Source: Candidatus Omnitrophota bacterium (lineage in GTDB: Bacteria; Omnitrophota; Gorgyraeia; Zapsychrales; JANLHA01). Taken from it: 64,000 nt of DNA. The notes below the pieces were generated by a model. The model did no database searches, was not told the DNA's origin, and was given only the letters and a program-made list of their open reading frames with translations. Positions 1-8,965 of this stretch are shown here, one piece after another (the first letter of the stretch is position 1; each line of letters begins with the position of its first letter). The stretch lies in assembly GCA_031423615.1 (NCBI GenBank), contig JANPFV010000104.1, forward strand, positions 32,170-96,169, read 5' to 3'. A program made the position numbers and the translations under genes.

Positions 1-6
1 CACATC

Positions 7-34
7 TTGACAAATTTTTTAAAAGTTTTAAAAT
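7..34 (+). promoter_or_regulatory. Putative sigma70 promoter for the Bat operon (TTGACA-16nt-TAAAAT)
   Basis: TTGACA at about 7-12 and TAAAAT at about 29-34 in an AT-rich region, about 85 nt upstream of the moxR start; AAGGAGG RBS at 104-110. Confidence 0.35.
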
Positions 35-118
35 ATTTTTTATCCTGCCTTATTAAATTTTTAAAAATTCCAATGTTGCTAAAATAAATTTTATTATTTC
101 CTTAAGGAGGAAGTGTTT

Positions 119-1114
119 ATGAGTGAAGTCAATATCAGCGCCATCACCGAAAAAGTAAAAAAAGAAAGCAGCTTCGTCGCGGCTTTGGTCATGGAAGTCG
201 ATAAAGTCTTGATCGGACAAAGATACCTGTTGGAACGTTTGCTCGTTGGACTTTTGGCCAATGGACACATTCTTGTTGAAGGGGTGCCCGGTCTCGCCAA
301 GACGACGGCCGTCAAGACCTTGGCGGCAACGATTCAGGCCAAATTTCAGCGTTTACAGTTTACTCCCGACATGTTGCCCGCGGATTTGACCGGCACCTTG
401 ATTTATGACCAGCATACGGGGCAGTTCAATGTGAAAAAAGGACCTTTGTTTGCCAACCTGATTCTGGCTGATGAAATCAACCGCGCGCCGGCGAAGGTCC
501 AAAGCGCTTTGCTGGAAGCCATGCAAGAACGTCAGATTACAATCGGCGCCGAAACATTGAAACTGGAAGATCCTTTCCTTGTTCTGGCCACGCAAAATCC
601 CATTGAGCAAGAAGGGACGTATCCTTTGCCCGAAGCCCAGGTTGACCGGTTTATGCTCAAAGTCAAAATCACCTATCCAACCAAGGAAGAGGAGCTTAAA
701 ATTTTACGCCGGATGTCTTTTACGAAAACCCATTTGAAAGTCCAGAATATTGTGACCACAGACGATATTCTGCGCGCTCGCAGTGTGGTCGACGAAATTT
801 ATATGGATGAAAAAATCGAAAAATATATTGTCGATATTGTCGAAGCGACCCGCCACCCGGAGCAATATAAGTTGGCGGATCTTAAAGGTTTGATCCAATA
901 CGGGGCTTCCCCGCGGGCCACGATTTATTTGGCGATTGCATCGAAAGCCTACGCCTTTTTGCAAGGCCGGGGATATGTGACGCCGCAGGATGTTAAGACC
1001 ATCGGCGCCGATGTTTTACGCCACCGGTTAATTGTCAGTTATGAAGCCGAAGCCGAAGAAAAAACGTCCGAGGACATCATTGCCCGTATATTTAGTGAAG
1101 TGGAAGTTCCTTAA
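119..1114 (+). CDS. moxR: MoxR-family AAA+ ATPase (first gene of the Bat aerotolerance-type operon)
   Basis: Walker A GVPGLAKT and MoxR-like sequence throughout; ORF track 113 (GTG) to 1114; ATG at 119 has an ideal AAGGAGG RBS 8 nt upstream. Confidence 0.9.
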   Translation: MSEVNISAITEKVKKESSFVAALVMEVDKVLIGQRYLLERLLVGLLANGHILVEGVPGLAKTTAVKTLAATIQAKFQRLQFTPDMLPADLTGTLIYDQHTGQFNVKKGPLFANLILADEINRAPAKVQSALLEAMQERQITIGAETLKLEDPFLVLATQNPIEQEGTYPLPEAQVDRFMLKVKITYPTKEEELKILRRMSFTKTHLKVQNIVTTDDILRARSVVDEIYMDEKIEKYIVDIVEATRHPEQYKLADLKGLIQYGASPRATIYLAIASKAYAFLQGRGYVTPQDVKTIGADVLRHRLIVSYEAEAEEKTSEDIIARIFSEVEVP

Positions 1115-1119
1115 ATGCC

Positions 1120-2016
1120 ATGATTCCCAAATATCTATTTAAGAAAGTCCGTCGCATTGAGATTATGACGTCCCGTCTGGTCACCGATGTTTTTGCCGGA
1201 CAATATCACAGTGTTTTCAAAGGTCGCGGCCTGGAATTCGATGAGGTGCGCGAATATTTTCCCGGGGACGATGTGCGCACCATCGACTGGAATGTCACCG
1301 CCCGCACCGGCAAGACCCATATCAAGAAATACGTTGAGGAACGCGAACTGACCGTCATGCTTTTAGTCGATGTTTCCCGTTCGTGCCGGTTTGCCAGCGT
1401 CAAAGAACTGAAAAGTCAATTGGCCGCCGAAATTGCCGCCCTCTTGGCTTTCTCAGCCATCCGCAACAATGATAAAATCGGCCTCATCATTTTTACTGAT
1501 AAAATTGAAAAATTTATCCCTCCCGTTAAAGGCCCCAAAAATGTTTTACGTTTGATTCGCGAGATCCTTTTTTTTAAGCCGCAGAATACCGGTACCGATA
1601 TGGCACTGGCTTTGGATTATTTGAGTAAGGTGAGCACGCGCAAAAGTGTGGCTTTTCTCATTTCCGATTTTCTTGCCGGGTCTGCGGACGCCAGCGGCCG
1701 TTTGAAAAAAGCCTTGGGGTTGGCCAATCGCCGCCACGATCTGATCGCCATTACCCTTAATGACCGCCGGGAAAAGGAATTTCCTGATTGCGGATTGTTA
1801 ATGCTCGAGGATGCAGAAACCGGCCGCGTGACTATGGTGGACACAAGTTCTTCGGCGGTGAGAGAGGAATACCGCGCCGCATCTCTGGTGCGTTTGAAAA
1901 ACCGCCAGCGCTTGTTTAGTTCCGTGGGAATGGACCATATCGATATTGCGACCGATGCGTCGTACAGTGATGAGATCGTAAAATTTTTTTTGAAACGCCG
2001 TAAAAGGAAAACTTAA
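1120..2016 (+). CDS. DUF58-family protein (MoxR partner, vWA-like fold)
   Basis: Conserved position immediately after moxR; DUF58-like motifs (VDWNVTARTGK, LLVDVSRS). Confidence 0.8.
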   Translation: MIPKYLFKKVRRIEIMTSRLVTDVFAGQYHSVFKGRGLEFDEVREYFPGDDVRTIDWNVTARTGKTHIKKYVEERELTVMLLVDVSRSCRFASVKELKSQLAAEIAALLAFSAIRNNDKIGLIIFTDKIEKFIPPVKGPKNVLRLIREILFFKPQNTGTDMALALDYLSKVSTRKSVAFLISDFLAGSADASGRLKKALGLANRRHDLIAITLNDRREKEFPDCGLLMLEDAETGRVTMVDTSSSAVREEYRAASLVRLKNRQRLFSSVGMDHIDIATDASYSDEIVKFFLKRRKRKT

Positions 2017-2017
2017 A

Positions 2018-2521
2018 ATGCCTGTCGCAGATTTAAAAGATGTCCGTCCACCGGTGGATTTGCCGCCCAATTATTTTTTGTTGTTTGTATTTTTGGGCCT
2101 TATCGTTTTGGCCGCGTTATTTTTCTTATTTTGTTGGCTTCTGCCCAGGCTTAAGTCAAAGACGGCCGTGCCGGTTGTGGTCCGTCCGGCGTGGGAAATC
2201 GCCAACGAAGAATTGGCGGCCCTGGAGAAAGAAAATCTTCCCGGGCGCGGCGAAGCCAAGGAATATTTCAGCCGTCTTTCCGACATTGTCCGTCATTATC
2301 TTGAACGCCGGTTTTCCGTTAGTGCTCCGGAAATGACGACGGATGAATTTTTGTTGCATGTCAAAACCATGGTCGTACTCCACGATCAACACAAGGAATC
2401 GTTAAAGGAATTTTTGATCGCAAGCGACATGGTAAAATTCGCGCGTTACGGTTCATCGGTTGGAGAAATGACCAAGGCTTTTACGGTCGCCAAACGTTTA
2501 GTAGATGAGACGATACCCTGA
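2018..2521 (+). CDS. Small membrane protein of the Bat operon (DUF4381-like position)
   Basis: N-terminal hydrophobic helix (LLFVFLGLIVLAALFFLFCWLL); sits between the DUF58 and BatA genes as in known Bat operons. Confidence 0.55.
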   Translation: MPVADLKDVRPPVDLPPNYFLLFVFLGLIVLAALFFLFCWLLPRLKSKTAVPVVVRPAWEIANEELAALEKENLPGRGEAKEYFSRLSDIVRHYLERRFSVSAPEMTTDEFLLHVKTMVVLHDQHKESLKEFLIASDMVKFARYGSSVGEMTKAFTVAKRLVDETIP

Positions 2522-3519
2522 TGATTTTTAAAGACCCTTTAGTTTTGGTTTTTGTTCCCGTCATGGTATTGCTGGCGTTGTGGTTTACACGCCGAAATCA
2601 AAACGCCGGCCTGCGTTTTCCTTCCGACGATTTAGTCCAGACGCTGACTAAGACATGGAAAATTCGTTTGGCCAAAACACCGTTTTATTTTCGTTTATTG
2701 GCCTTGGGCTTGTTGGTCGTGGCCTTGGCCGGTCCGCGTTCGGTTCTTGAAGAAACCAAGCACGAAAGCGAAGGGATTGATATCGTGCTGGCCATTGATG
2801 GTTCGGGTAGTATGGCGGCCTTAGATTTTACTTTGCATGGTCAGCGTTACAATCGTCTGGACGTGGTTAAGGATGTTGTTAAAGAATTTATCGATGCTCG
2901 CACTTCGGACCGCATCGGTCTGGTGGCTTTCGGCGGGCGGGCTTACACCGTGAGTCCATTGACGACCGATTATATTTGGCTGAAAACGAATTTGGAACGG
3001 ATCACGCTGAATATGATGGACGATGGCACGGCGATCGGTTCGGCGATCAGTGCATCCTTATCGCGTTTGGAAAAAAGCCAGGCCAAAAGTAAAATCATTA
3101 TTCTTCTGACTGATGGAATAAACAATCGCGGCAAGATTGATCCTTTGTCGGCGGCGAAAGCGGCACAGGCTTTGGGTGTAAAAATTTATACGATCGGCGC
3201 GGGAACCAACGGCGTGGCGCCTGTCCCGGTAGCGCAAGACATGTGGGGTCAGCAGGTCTATCAAAATATGGCGGTTGAAATTGACGAAGAGACCCTTAAA
3301 ACGGTGGCCTCGTTAACCGGCGGAAAATATTTTCGGGCGACGGACACAGATTCTTTGCGCCAGGTGTATAAAGAAATCGACCGTTTGGAAAAAACGAAGA
3401 TTGAGGAAACGGGTTATCGGGAATATAAGGAATTGTTTGGATATTTCCTTAGCGCCGCATGGCTCCTCTTGGTGGCGGCGCTTATTCTGGAAAACACTTT
3501 ACTTTTGAGGTTGCCTTAA
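2521..3519 (+). CDS. batA: BatA-like vWA-domain membrane protein
   Basis: N-terminal TM segments, vWA MIDAS motif (DGSGSM) and a C-terminal TM; TGATG overlap with the upstream gene. Confidence 0.8.
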   Translation: MIFKDPLVLVFVPVMVLLALWFTRRNQNAGLRFPSDDLVQTLTKTWKIRLAKTPFYFRLLALGLLVVALAGPRSVLEETKHESEGIDIVLAIDGSGSMAALDFTLHGQRYNRLDVVKDVVKEFIDARTSDRIGLVAFGGRAYTVSPLTTDYIWLKTNLERITLNMMDDGTAIGSAISASLSRLEKSQAKSKIIILLTDGINNRGKIDPLSAAKAAQALGVKIYTIGAGTNGVAPVPVAQDMWGQQVYQNMAVEIDEETLKTVASLTGGKYFRATDTDSLRQVYKEIDRLEKTKIEETGYREYKELFGYFLSAAWLLLVAALILENTLLLRLP

Positions 3520-4530
3520 ATGAAATTCGGCGCGGCGCAAAATTTTCTTTGGTTATGGAATTTTATTCCCTTGTTTGCTTTCTTGTGGTGGGCGGGACGT
3601 CATAAACTGCGCCGGCTAAAATTATTTTCTCAGCCTGAACTTTTGGCACACATCGCCCAAGGTTATGACACTCAACGCCAGCGGCTGCAAAGGTTATTTT
3701 TTATTCTTGCCGCTGTTTTTAGTATTCTGGCTTTGGTCCGTCCGCAATGGGGTTATGAAATCCGTGACATTAAGCGGCGGGGTAGCGACATTCTTCTTGT
3801 CGTCGATGTTTCGCGCAGTATGCTAACTGAGGACGTGAAGCCCAGCCGTCTTAAGCGGGCCAAGCTGGCGATAAAAGACCTTGTCAAGGAGCTCAAGGGC
3901 GACCGCATCGGTTTGATCGCTTTTGCGGGCGATGCTTTTTTGACCTGTCCTTTGACGGTTGATTATAACGGTTTTCTATTGAATTTAGAAGATCTCAGTC
4001 CTGATGCTGTGCCGCGGGGCGGAACAAATATCAGCGCCGCACTCAGGGAGGCGCTTAAAGAATACGACACTGCCTCCGGAAAATATAAGGCCCTGATCAT
4101 TATTACCGACGGTGAGAATTTGGAAGAGGACCCTCTGTCCACGGTCGAGAAGGCCAAGGACAAGGGGATCAAAATTTTTGCTGTGGGTGTGGGAACGAAG
4201 GAAGGGGAACTGATTCAGTTGACAAATGAAAAAGGCGAGACGGATTTTTTGAAGGACAGCCAGGGAAACTTTGTGAAATCCCGTTTGAATGAAGGGTTGT
4301 TACAGAAAATGGCTTTGGCCACCGGCGGAGTTTATGTGCGGGCCAGCGGAACGCAGTTTGGCTTGGACCTGATTTATGAACAGGAAATTTCCAAATTTGA
4401 AAAAAGGGAATTTCAGACTAAATCGGAGCGGCGCTATTTTGAGCGGTTTCAGTTTCCCTTGTCGGCTGCTATTTTATTTTTGATTTTGGAAATCACCTGG
4501 CCGCTGCGCAAAAGGATGCGAGACGTATGA
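3520..4530 (+). CDS. batB: BatB-like vWA-domain membrane protein
   Basis: vWA domain (VVDVSRSM ... LIIITDGE), TM segments at both ends. Confidence 0.8.
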   Translation: MKFGAAQNFLWLWNFIPLFAFLWWAGRHKLRRLKLFSQPELLAHIAQGYDTQRQRLQRLFFILAAVFSILALVRPQWGYEIRDIKRRGSDILLVVDVSRSMLTEDVKPSRLKRAKLAIKDLVKELKGDRIGLIAFAGDAFLTCPLTVDYNGFLLNLEDLSPDAVPRGGTNISAALREALKEYDTASGKYKALIIITDGENLEEDPLSTVEKAKDKGIKIFAVGVGTKEGELIQLTNEKGETDFLKDSQGNFVKSRLNEGLLQKMALATGGVYVRASGTQFGLDLIYEQEISKFEKREFQTKSERRYFERFQFPLSAAILFLILEITWPLRKRMRDV

Positions 4531-5456
4531 AAAAAATAACGCTGGCTTTGATTTTATTTTTCATAGGGGCCGGGCCGGGCTTTTGCGCTTCAAAGGAGTC
4601 GCTTGTCAAGAAGGGCAATGCCCTTTATCAGAAAAATAATTTTGCCGAATCGGTTAAGGAGTACGAGACGGCTTTAAAAAAAGATCCGGAATCACCGGCG
4701 ATCAATTTTGATTTGGGCACTGCCTTGTATAAAAACAAGAAATATGCCGAAGCGATTTCTTATTTACAAAAAGGACTTTTAAGCAAGGACCCGCTCTTAA
4801 AGAAGCAGGCCCATTTTAATTTAGGCGATGCCTTCTATAAAAAAGGGCGGGAGCTAGAGGGCAGTCGTCTGGATGAAGCTATTGCGGATTTGGAAGAATC
4901 GCTGCGCCAGTTTGAGGCCGTTAGGAATGTTGATGACAAGGATAATGACGCCAAGTATAATCATGACACTGTCAAAAAGGAATTGGAGCGTTTGAAAGAA
5001 AAGAAAGAACAGCGGCGGAAAAAAGGCGGCGATCAGTCAGAGAACGAGCCAGAGCAAAAGAAAAACCAAGGTTCGAAAGAAGATACTTCAACGTCGTCGC
5101 CGGAGAAAAACCAGCCGGATCAGAAGAAAGACCAAGGCTCAAAAGAAGATACTTCCCAGCCGTCGCTACAAAAAAGCCATACGGACAAAAACCTTTCGTA
5201 CGAGACGGCCCAGCACAGCGAAGAAAAAAAGGAAGAAAATAAAGCCGAGCAAGGTTTTTCCCAGAGCAAGGATAAAAAGACCGCATTAGAAAAAGATTCC
5301 CCGTTGCAGGCGGTTCAGATAAAGCCGGGGCAAATGAGTAAGGAAGAAGCCAAGGCGCTGTTAGAACATTTTGAACAGGGCGAAGAAGCCCCGGCCTTGT
5401 TAAATTTTGGCAAACGTAAGTCATCCGAAGAATCTGTGGTTTCGAAAGATTGGTAA
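4527..5456 (+). CDS. batC: BatC-like TPR-repeat protein with a K/E/Q/S-rich low-complexity tail
   Basis: Signal peptide or lipobox-like N-terminus (FCAS); TPR-like YxxALxxxP repeats; the C-terminal half is charged, low-complexity, and contains a tandem repeat. Confidence 0.7.
   Translation: MKKITLALILFFIGAGPGFCASKESLVKKGNALYQKNNFAESVKEYETALKKDPESPAINFDLGTALYKNKKYAEAISYLQKGLLSKDPLLKKQAHFNLGDAFYKKGRELEGSRLDEAIADLEESLRQFEAVRNVDDKDNDAKYNHDTVKKELERLKEKKEQRRKKGGDQSENEPEQKKNQGSKEDTSTSSPEKNQPDQKKDQGSKEDTSQPSLQKSHTDKNLSYETAQHSEEKKEENKAEQGFSQSKDKKTALEKDSPLQAVQIKPGQMSKEEAKALLEHFEQGEEAPALLNFGKRKSSEESVVSKDW
5056..5170 (+). repeat. Imperfect tandem direct repeat (about 66 nt unit, 2 copies) inside batC
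   Basis: Two related nucleotide copies encoding ...KKNQGSKEDTSTSSPEKNQPDQ / KKDQGSKEDTSQPSLQK... Confidence 0.5.
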
Positions 5457-5457
5457 A

Positions 5458-7299
5458 ATGAAGCTATTGGTAAAAGGGATTTTTATTGTGATTTGTGGAG
5501 TCTTGTCCGTCGGCAGCTTTTCAAATCCGGTGGACGCGGAAGATGTCTCAGTTAAGGCCGCCGTGAGTTCAAAAACGGTGGAATTAGGCTCGGCTTTGAC
5601 GCTGACGGTTACGATTGACGGTGCGCAGGAAGTGCCGCCGGTCCAATTACCAAAGATTGAAGGAGTCGAAACGCGCTATCTCGGCCCGAACATACGCGTC
5701 TCGACCATCAACGGTGCAAAGTTTCACTCGATGGGCGTGAGGTTTTCTGTGATCCCGCTTAAAACGGGACAGTTTCAGATTCCGGCGCTTACCATTTCCT
5801 TGGACGGTAAAGATTATACGACAACCCCCATTGATATTACGGTCATGGCCGCCACTGCGGGCCCACCGGGGCAGACCGGCGCAAAAGATAAAGATGCTGC
5901 ATCCTCTTTGCAGGACAAAATTTTTATTGTTCTGGGGACATCTAAAAAAGAGACCTATGTGAGTGAACCGATTCCCGTCGTGATAAAACTTTTTATCAAT
6001 GACCTGGCGGTCAAGAATGTGCAATATCCCTCCCTTGAGCATGATGGTTTTGCGGTGGAAGATTTTCCCGAACCGCGCCGCGGCCGGCAGACCTTGGGTG
6101 ATGTGAATTATCAGGTGATGGAATTTCGGACCTTTATTTATCCTACCCGTACTGGTGATCTGAATCTTGGCCCCGCCCATTTAGGCGCTAATATCATGAT
6201 TAAAAATTCCCGCCGCGAAGATATGCCGGGGGAATTTAACGATATCTTTACCGATGATCTTTTTGATAATTTTTTGGGCCGGTATGAAACCAAGACCATT
6301 ATGCTGGAAAGCGCCAATATCGGTCTTAAAGTTCTTCCTTTGCCGCCAGAAGGCCGACCCCAGGATTTTTCCGGCGGGGTAGGAAAATATAATTTTGATA
6401 TAACGGTCAGTCCGGCGGAAGTGAAAGTCGGCGACCCTTTGACCGTCCGCATGAAAATTGCGGGTGACGGAAATTTGCAGGCCGTGAATTTCCCGCTCTT
6501 TAAAACTTCTCCGGATTTTAAAGTTTACGATCCCAAGATTACGTCCCAAAACGGCGAAAAAGTCCTCGAGCAGGTCATCATTCCCAATCACGATCAAGTC
6601 AAGGAACTCCCCGCCGTAAGTTTTAGTTTTTTTGATCCTGCGGATAAGCAGTATCATACGATAACCAAGGGACCTTTTCCTTTGCTGGTCAGTCCTTTGG
6701 CAAAAGGGGAGGAATCGAAAGTGGTCGGTTTAACGGCTCCGGCCATGGGGGCAAAACCCGTCGCTGGCCCGGAGGAGTTAGGAAGGGACATCCGGTTTAT
6801 TAAGGAAAGCATCGGTCGGGTGCAAAGACAGGGGAACATTTTATACCGCCAGCCCGGATTTATTTTAAGTGTCATCTTGCTGGTGATGGTTTGGCTGGGG
6901 TTGTTTGTAAACTTTGAATACCGCAAAAGGATTATGACGGATGTCCGATGGGCGCGGCGTTTACAGGCTCCGCGGCAGGCCCAGGAGGGGCTGGCCCAAG
7001 CCGGAAATTTCTTGCGGCAGAATGACGTCCGCAATTTTTATGACCGCATTTATAAAACCCTGCAGGATTATTTTGGCAATAATTTCCATCTCTCGTCGGC
7101 TGATGTGACCCTCGGCGGGATTGAGACTCGTCTGAAACCCCAGCATAAAAATAATGCGGCGCTGGCCTCTTTGCGGGAAATTTTTGCGGAATGTGAATTG
7201 GTGCGTTTTGCTTGCGCCCAGGTCTCGGAAGAAAAAATGAAAAATATTTTTCAGAAAACCCAAGAAGTCATTGATTTTTTTGAACGGAATTACAAATGA
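5458..7299 (+). CDS. batD: BatD-like oxygen-tolerance protein
   Basis: Signal peptide, large periplasmic region, C-terminal TM helix plus TPR-like tail; position after BatC. The ORF track starts at 5407 inside batC; the ATG at 5458 lies just after the batC stop. Confidence 0.7.
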   Translation: MKLLVKGIFIVICGVLSVGSFSNPVDAEDVSVKAAVSSKTVELGSALTLTVTIDGAQEVPPVQLPKIEGVETRYLGPNIRVSTINGAKFHSMGVRFSVIPLKTGQFQIPALTISLDGKDYTTTPIDITVMAATAGPPGQTGAKDKDAASSLQDKIFIVLGTSKKETYVSEPIPVVIKLFINDLAVKNVQYPSLEHDGFAVEDFPEPRRGRQTLGDVNYQVMEFRTFIYPTRTGDLNLGPAHLGANIMIKNSRREDMPGEFNDIFTDDLFDNFLGRYETKTIMLESANIGLKVLPLPPEGRPQDFSGGVGKYNFDITVSPAEVKVGDPLTVRMKIAGDGNLQAVNFPLFKTSPDFKVYDPKITSQNGEKVLEQVIIPNHDQVKELPAVSFSFFDPADKQYHTITKGPFPLLVSPLAKGEESKVVGLTAPAMGAKPVAGPEELGRDIRFIKESIGRVQRQGNILYRQPGFILSVILLVMVWLGLFVNFEYRKRIMTDVRWARRLQAPRQAQEGLAQAGNFLRQNDVRNFYDRIYKTLQDYFGNNFHLSSADVTLGGIETRLKPQHKNNAALASLREIFAECELVRFACAQVSEEKMKNIFQKTQEVIDFFERNYK

Positions 7300-8018
7300 A
7301 GAAAATTATTTTTATCCTTATTTTTATAGCCACGGTGACGGGCCCGGCCCGCGCGCAGACCGTGGATTTTGCCCAGGCCAATACGGCTTACCGAGACGGA
7401 AAATATGCCGAGGCCATCAAGGGTTATGAAGGTATCCTCCACAGCGGAACGGAAAGCGGCGAAATTTTTTACAATCTGGGAAACAGTTACTATAAAAATA
7501 AGCAATTGGGCAAGGCAATCCTTAATTATGAACGGGCGCGACAGTTGCTGCCGCGCGATGCGGAAGTGGCGGCCAATTATAAACTGGCCTTGTCTGATGT
7601 TCCGTCGCGAATTGATGCAAAAGGGAAGGTGATAGACAAGCTTTTCGAAAGTCATATTTATTTTTATACCGTCAATGAAATGGTCTTGCTATTGAGCCTG
7701 CTTTTTTTTCTTTTTTTGGCCTGTCATCTGATGAGATTGTATGTCAAGTGGTCGCTTACGCCTCTGATGATTGTGGGAATAGTTTTTTTCATTTTTGCGG
7801 TCGGATTGGAAAGAAAATTACAGATAGAAAAGGATGCGGGTATTATGATTTTATCGGCACCGGCGAGGTTTGAACCAAACGACAAGGCCACGGTTTATTT
7901 TGAGCTTCCGGAAGGACAGAAAGTTAAAATGCAAGGCCGGGAAGGCGAATGGTCAAAAATTGAACGGCCTGACGGGAAGTCCGGGTGGGTGCCCACCGCA
8001 GCAGTGGAAAGAATTTAA
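7296..8018 (+). CDS. batE: BatE-like TPR + SH3b-domain protein
   Basis: Signal peptide, TPR repeats (YRDGKYAEAIKGYE, YNLGNSYYKNKQLGKAILNYERA), TM segment, C-terminal SH3-like motif (GWVPTAAVE). Confidence 0.7.
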   Translation: MKKIIFILIFIATVTGPARAQTVDFAQANTAYRDGKYAEAIKGYEGILHSGTESGEIFYNLGNSYYKNKQLGKAILNYERARQLLPRDAEVAANYKLALSDVPSRIDAKGKVIDKLFESHIYFYTVNEMVLLLSLLFFLFLACHLMRLYVKWSLTPLMIVGIVFFIFAVGLERKLQIEKDAGIMILSAPARFEPNDKATVYFELPEGQKVKMQGREGEWSKIERPDGKSGWVPTAAVERI

Positions 8019-8026
8019 GACAAGGG

Positions 8027-8563
8027 ATGAGAATGCGTTTTCTTTATTTTGTTTTTGCTGTTTTCGTTGCGGCTGTCATCCCCTTACCGGTAGGAGCAGA
8101 CCAAACGTTTTCTGAATTTTGTAGCCAGATATATGCGGAAAGTTCAAAATGCCCGCAAGCGGCTTGTCAATTGCAATGTGCTAGCGGAGTTTCTGTCCCG
8201 GATTGTCCGCAAATTTGTATTCCTAAAGAGTGCAAGTCCATTAGTCCGCAGAATTGTCCGCCAAAGTTTTGCAGTATTGTCGAAGACTGCTCGAAAAAAA
8301 AGATTTGCCTTCCAAAAATTCCTGCCGACCAAGTCCCGGAATGCGGCGCTTTGGCCTATAGTGCCCAGGATGTCGAATGCTGTAAGGGCTTAGTCAAGCG
8401 CTGCGGGTTCGATTATCTTGATGGAAAATGCAATATGGAAGGGAAAAATACGTCCTACCGTTTCCCCATCTGTATTCCCTGCGGCGACGGGATTTGCGCT
8501 AACTTTGAGAACCATTGCAACTGCCCCGAAGACTGCAAGAAAGATATTATCCCGTTAGATTAG
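8027..8563 (+). CDS. Cysteine-rich secreted protein (about 22 Cys in about 155 mature residues)
   Basis: Signal peptide MRMRFLYFVFAVFVAAVIPLPVGA followed by dense Cys spacing (CPQAACQLQC, CIPCGDGICANFENHCNCPEDC); AAGGG RBS; starts 9 nt after batE. The ORF-track 5' extension (7985) overlaps batE. Confidence 0.6.
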   Translation: MRMRFLYFVFAVFVAAVIPLPVGADQTFSEFCSQIYAESSKCPQAACQLQCASGVSVPDCPQICIPKECKSISPQNCPPKFCSIVEDCSKKKICLPKIPADQVPECGALAYSAQDVECCKGLVKRCGFDYLDGKCNMEGKNTSYRFPICIPCGDGICANFENHCNCPEDCKKDIIPLD

Positions 8564-8965
8564 GTCGATGATTTTTTTAACGCGCCAATGCGAGTTGACC
8601 CACAGTCCGGTAATGGGATAAGAAGGAAAGAGTTTTTTGATTTTCTTTGACCCGTCGATGATTTGAACTTTATGCGTTTCATAGGGGGCGGGATTCCCGC
8701 GGCAGTCGAAATGCCCCACGACAAAAATATGCGATGAATGGTTGATTGTCGTTGAGATTTTAATCCCCGTCAGGATGGCGTCCATCTGGGCGTGCGGGGT
8801 CGTCAGGATCTTGTCCATGCCCGGGCCTGAAATAATGTCTACGAATTTTACTTTGGAACTGCGACGGATCCAATTGATGACCGGAATTTGGATGCGGCCG
8901 TCCATGCACGTCAGGCACGTGGCGCGATGATCGTCGCGCAGGTGAGGTTTGGGAGCCCTGGTCAT
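8555..8965 (-). CDS. Minimal beta-class carbonic-anhydrase-like zinc-binding protein (136 aa)
   Basis: CxDxR motif (C20-M-D22-G-R24) and HxxC motif (VVGHFDCRG) at beta-CA-like spacing; SSHIFVVGHFDCRG resembles E. coli Can VEHIIICGHYGCGG. It is much shorter than canonical beta-CAs and its C-terminus abuts the convergent Cys-rich gene. Confidence 0.45.
   Translation of the reverse strand: MTRAPKPHLRDDHRATCLTCMDGRIQIPVINWIRRSSKVKFVDIISGPGMDKILTTPHAQMDAILTGIKISTTINHSSHIFVVGHFDCRGNPAPYETHKVQIIDGSKKIKKLFPSYPITGLWVNSHWRVKKIIDLI

Noticed and set aside
4972-5424. 150-aa minus-strand ORF inside batC
   Set aside because: Antisense to the low-complexity region of batC; the repeat composition creates long open frames on the opposite strand.
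7985-8026. 5' extension (MGAHRSSGKNLRQG...) of the Cys-rich ORF
   Set aside because: Overlaps the batE 3' end in another frame. The ATG at 8027/8033 is followed immediately by a signal peptide and has an RBS.
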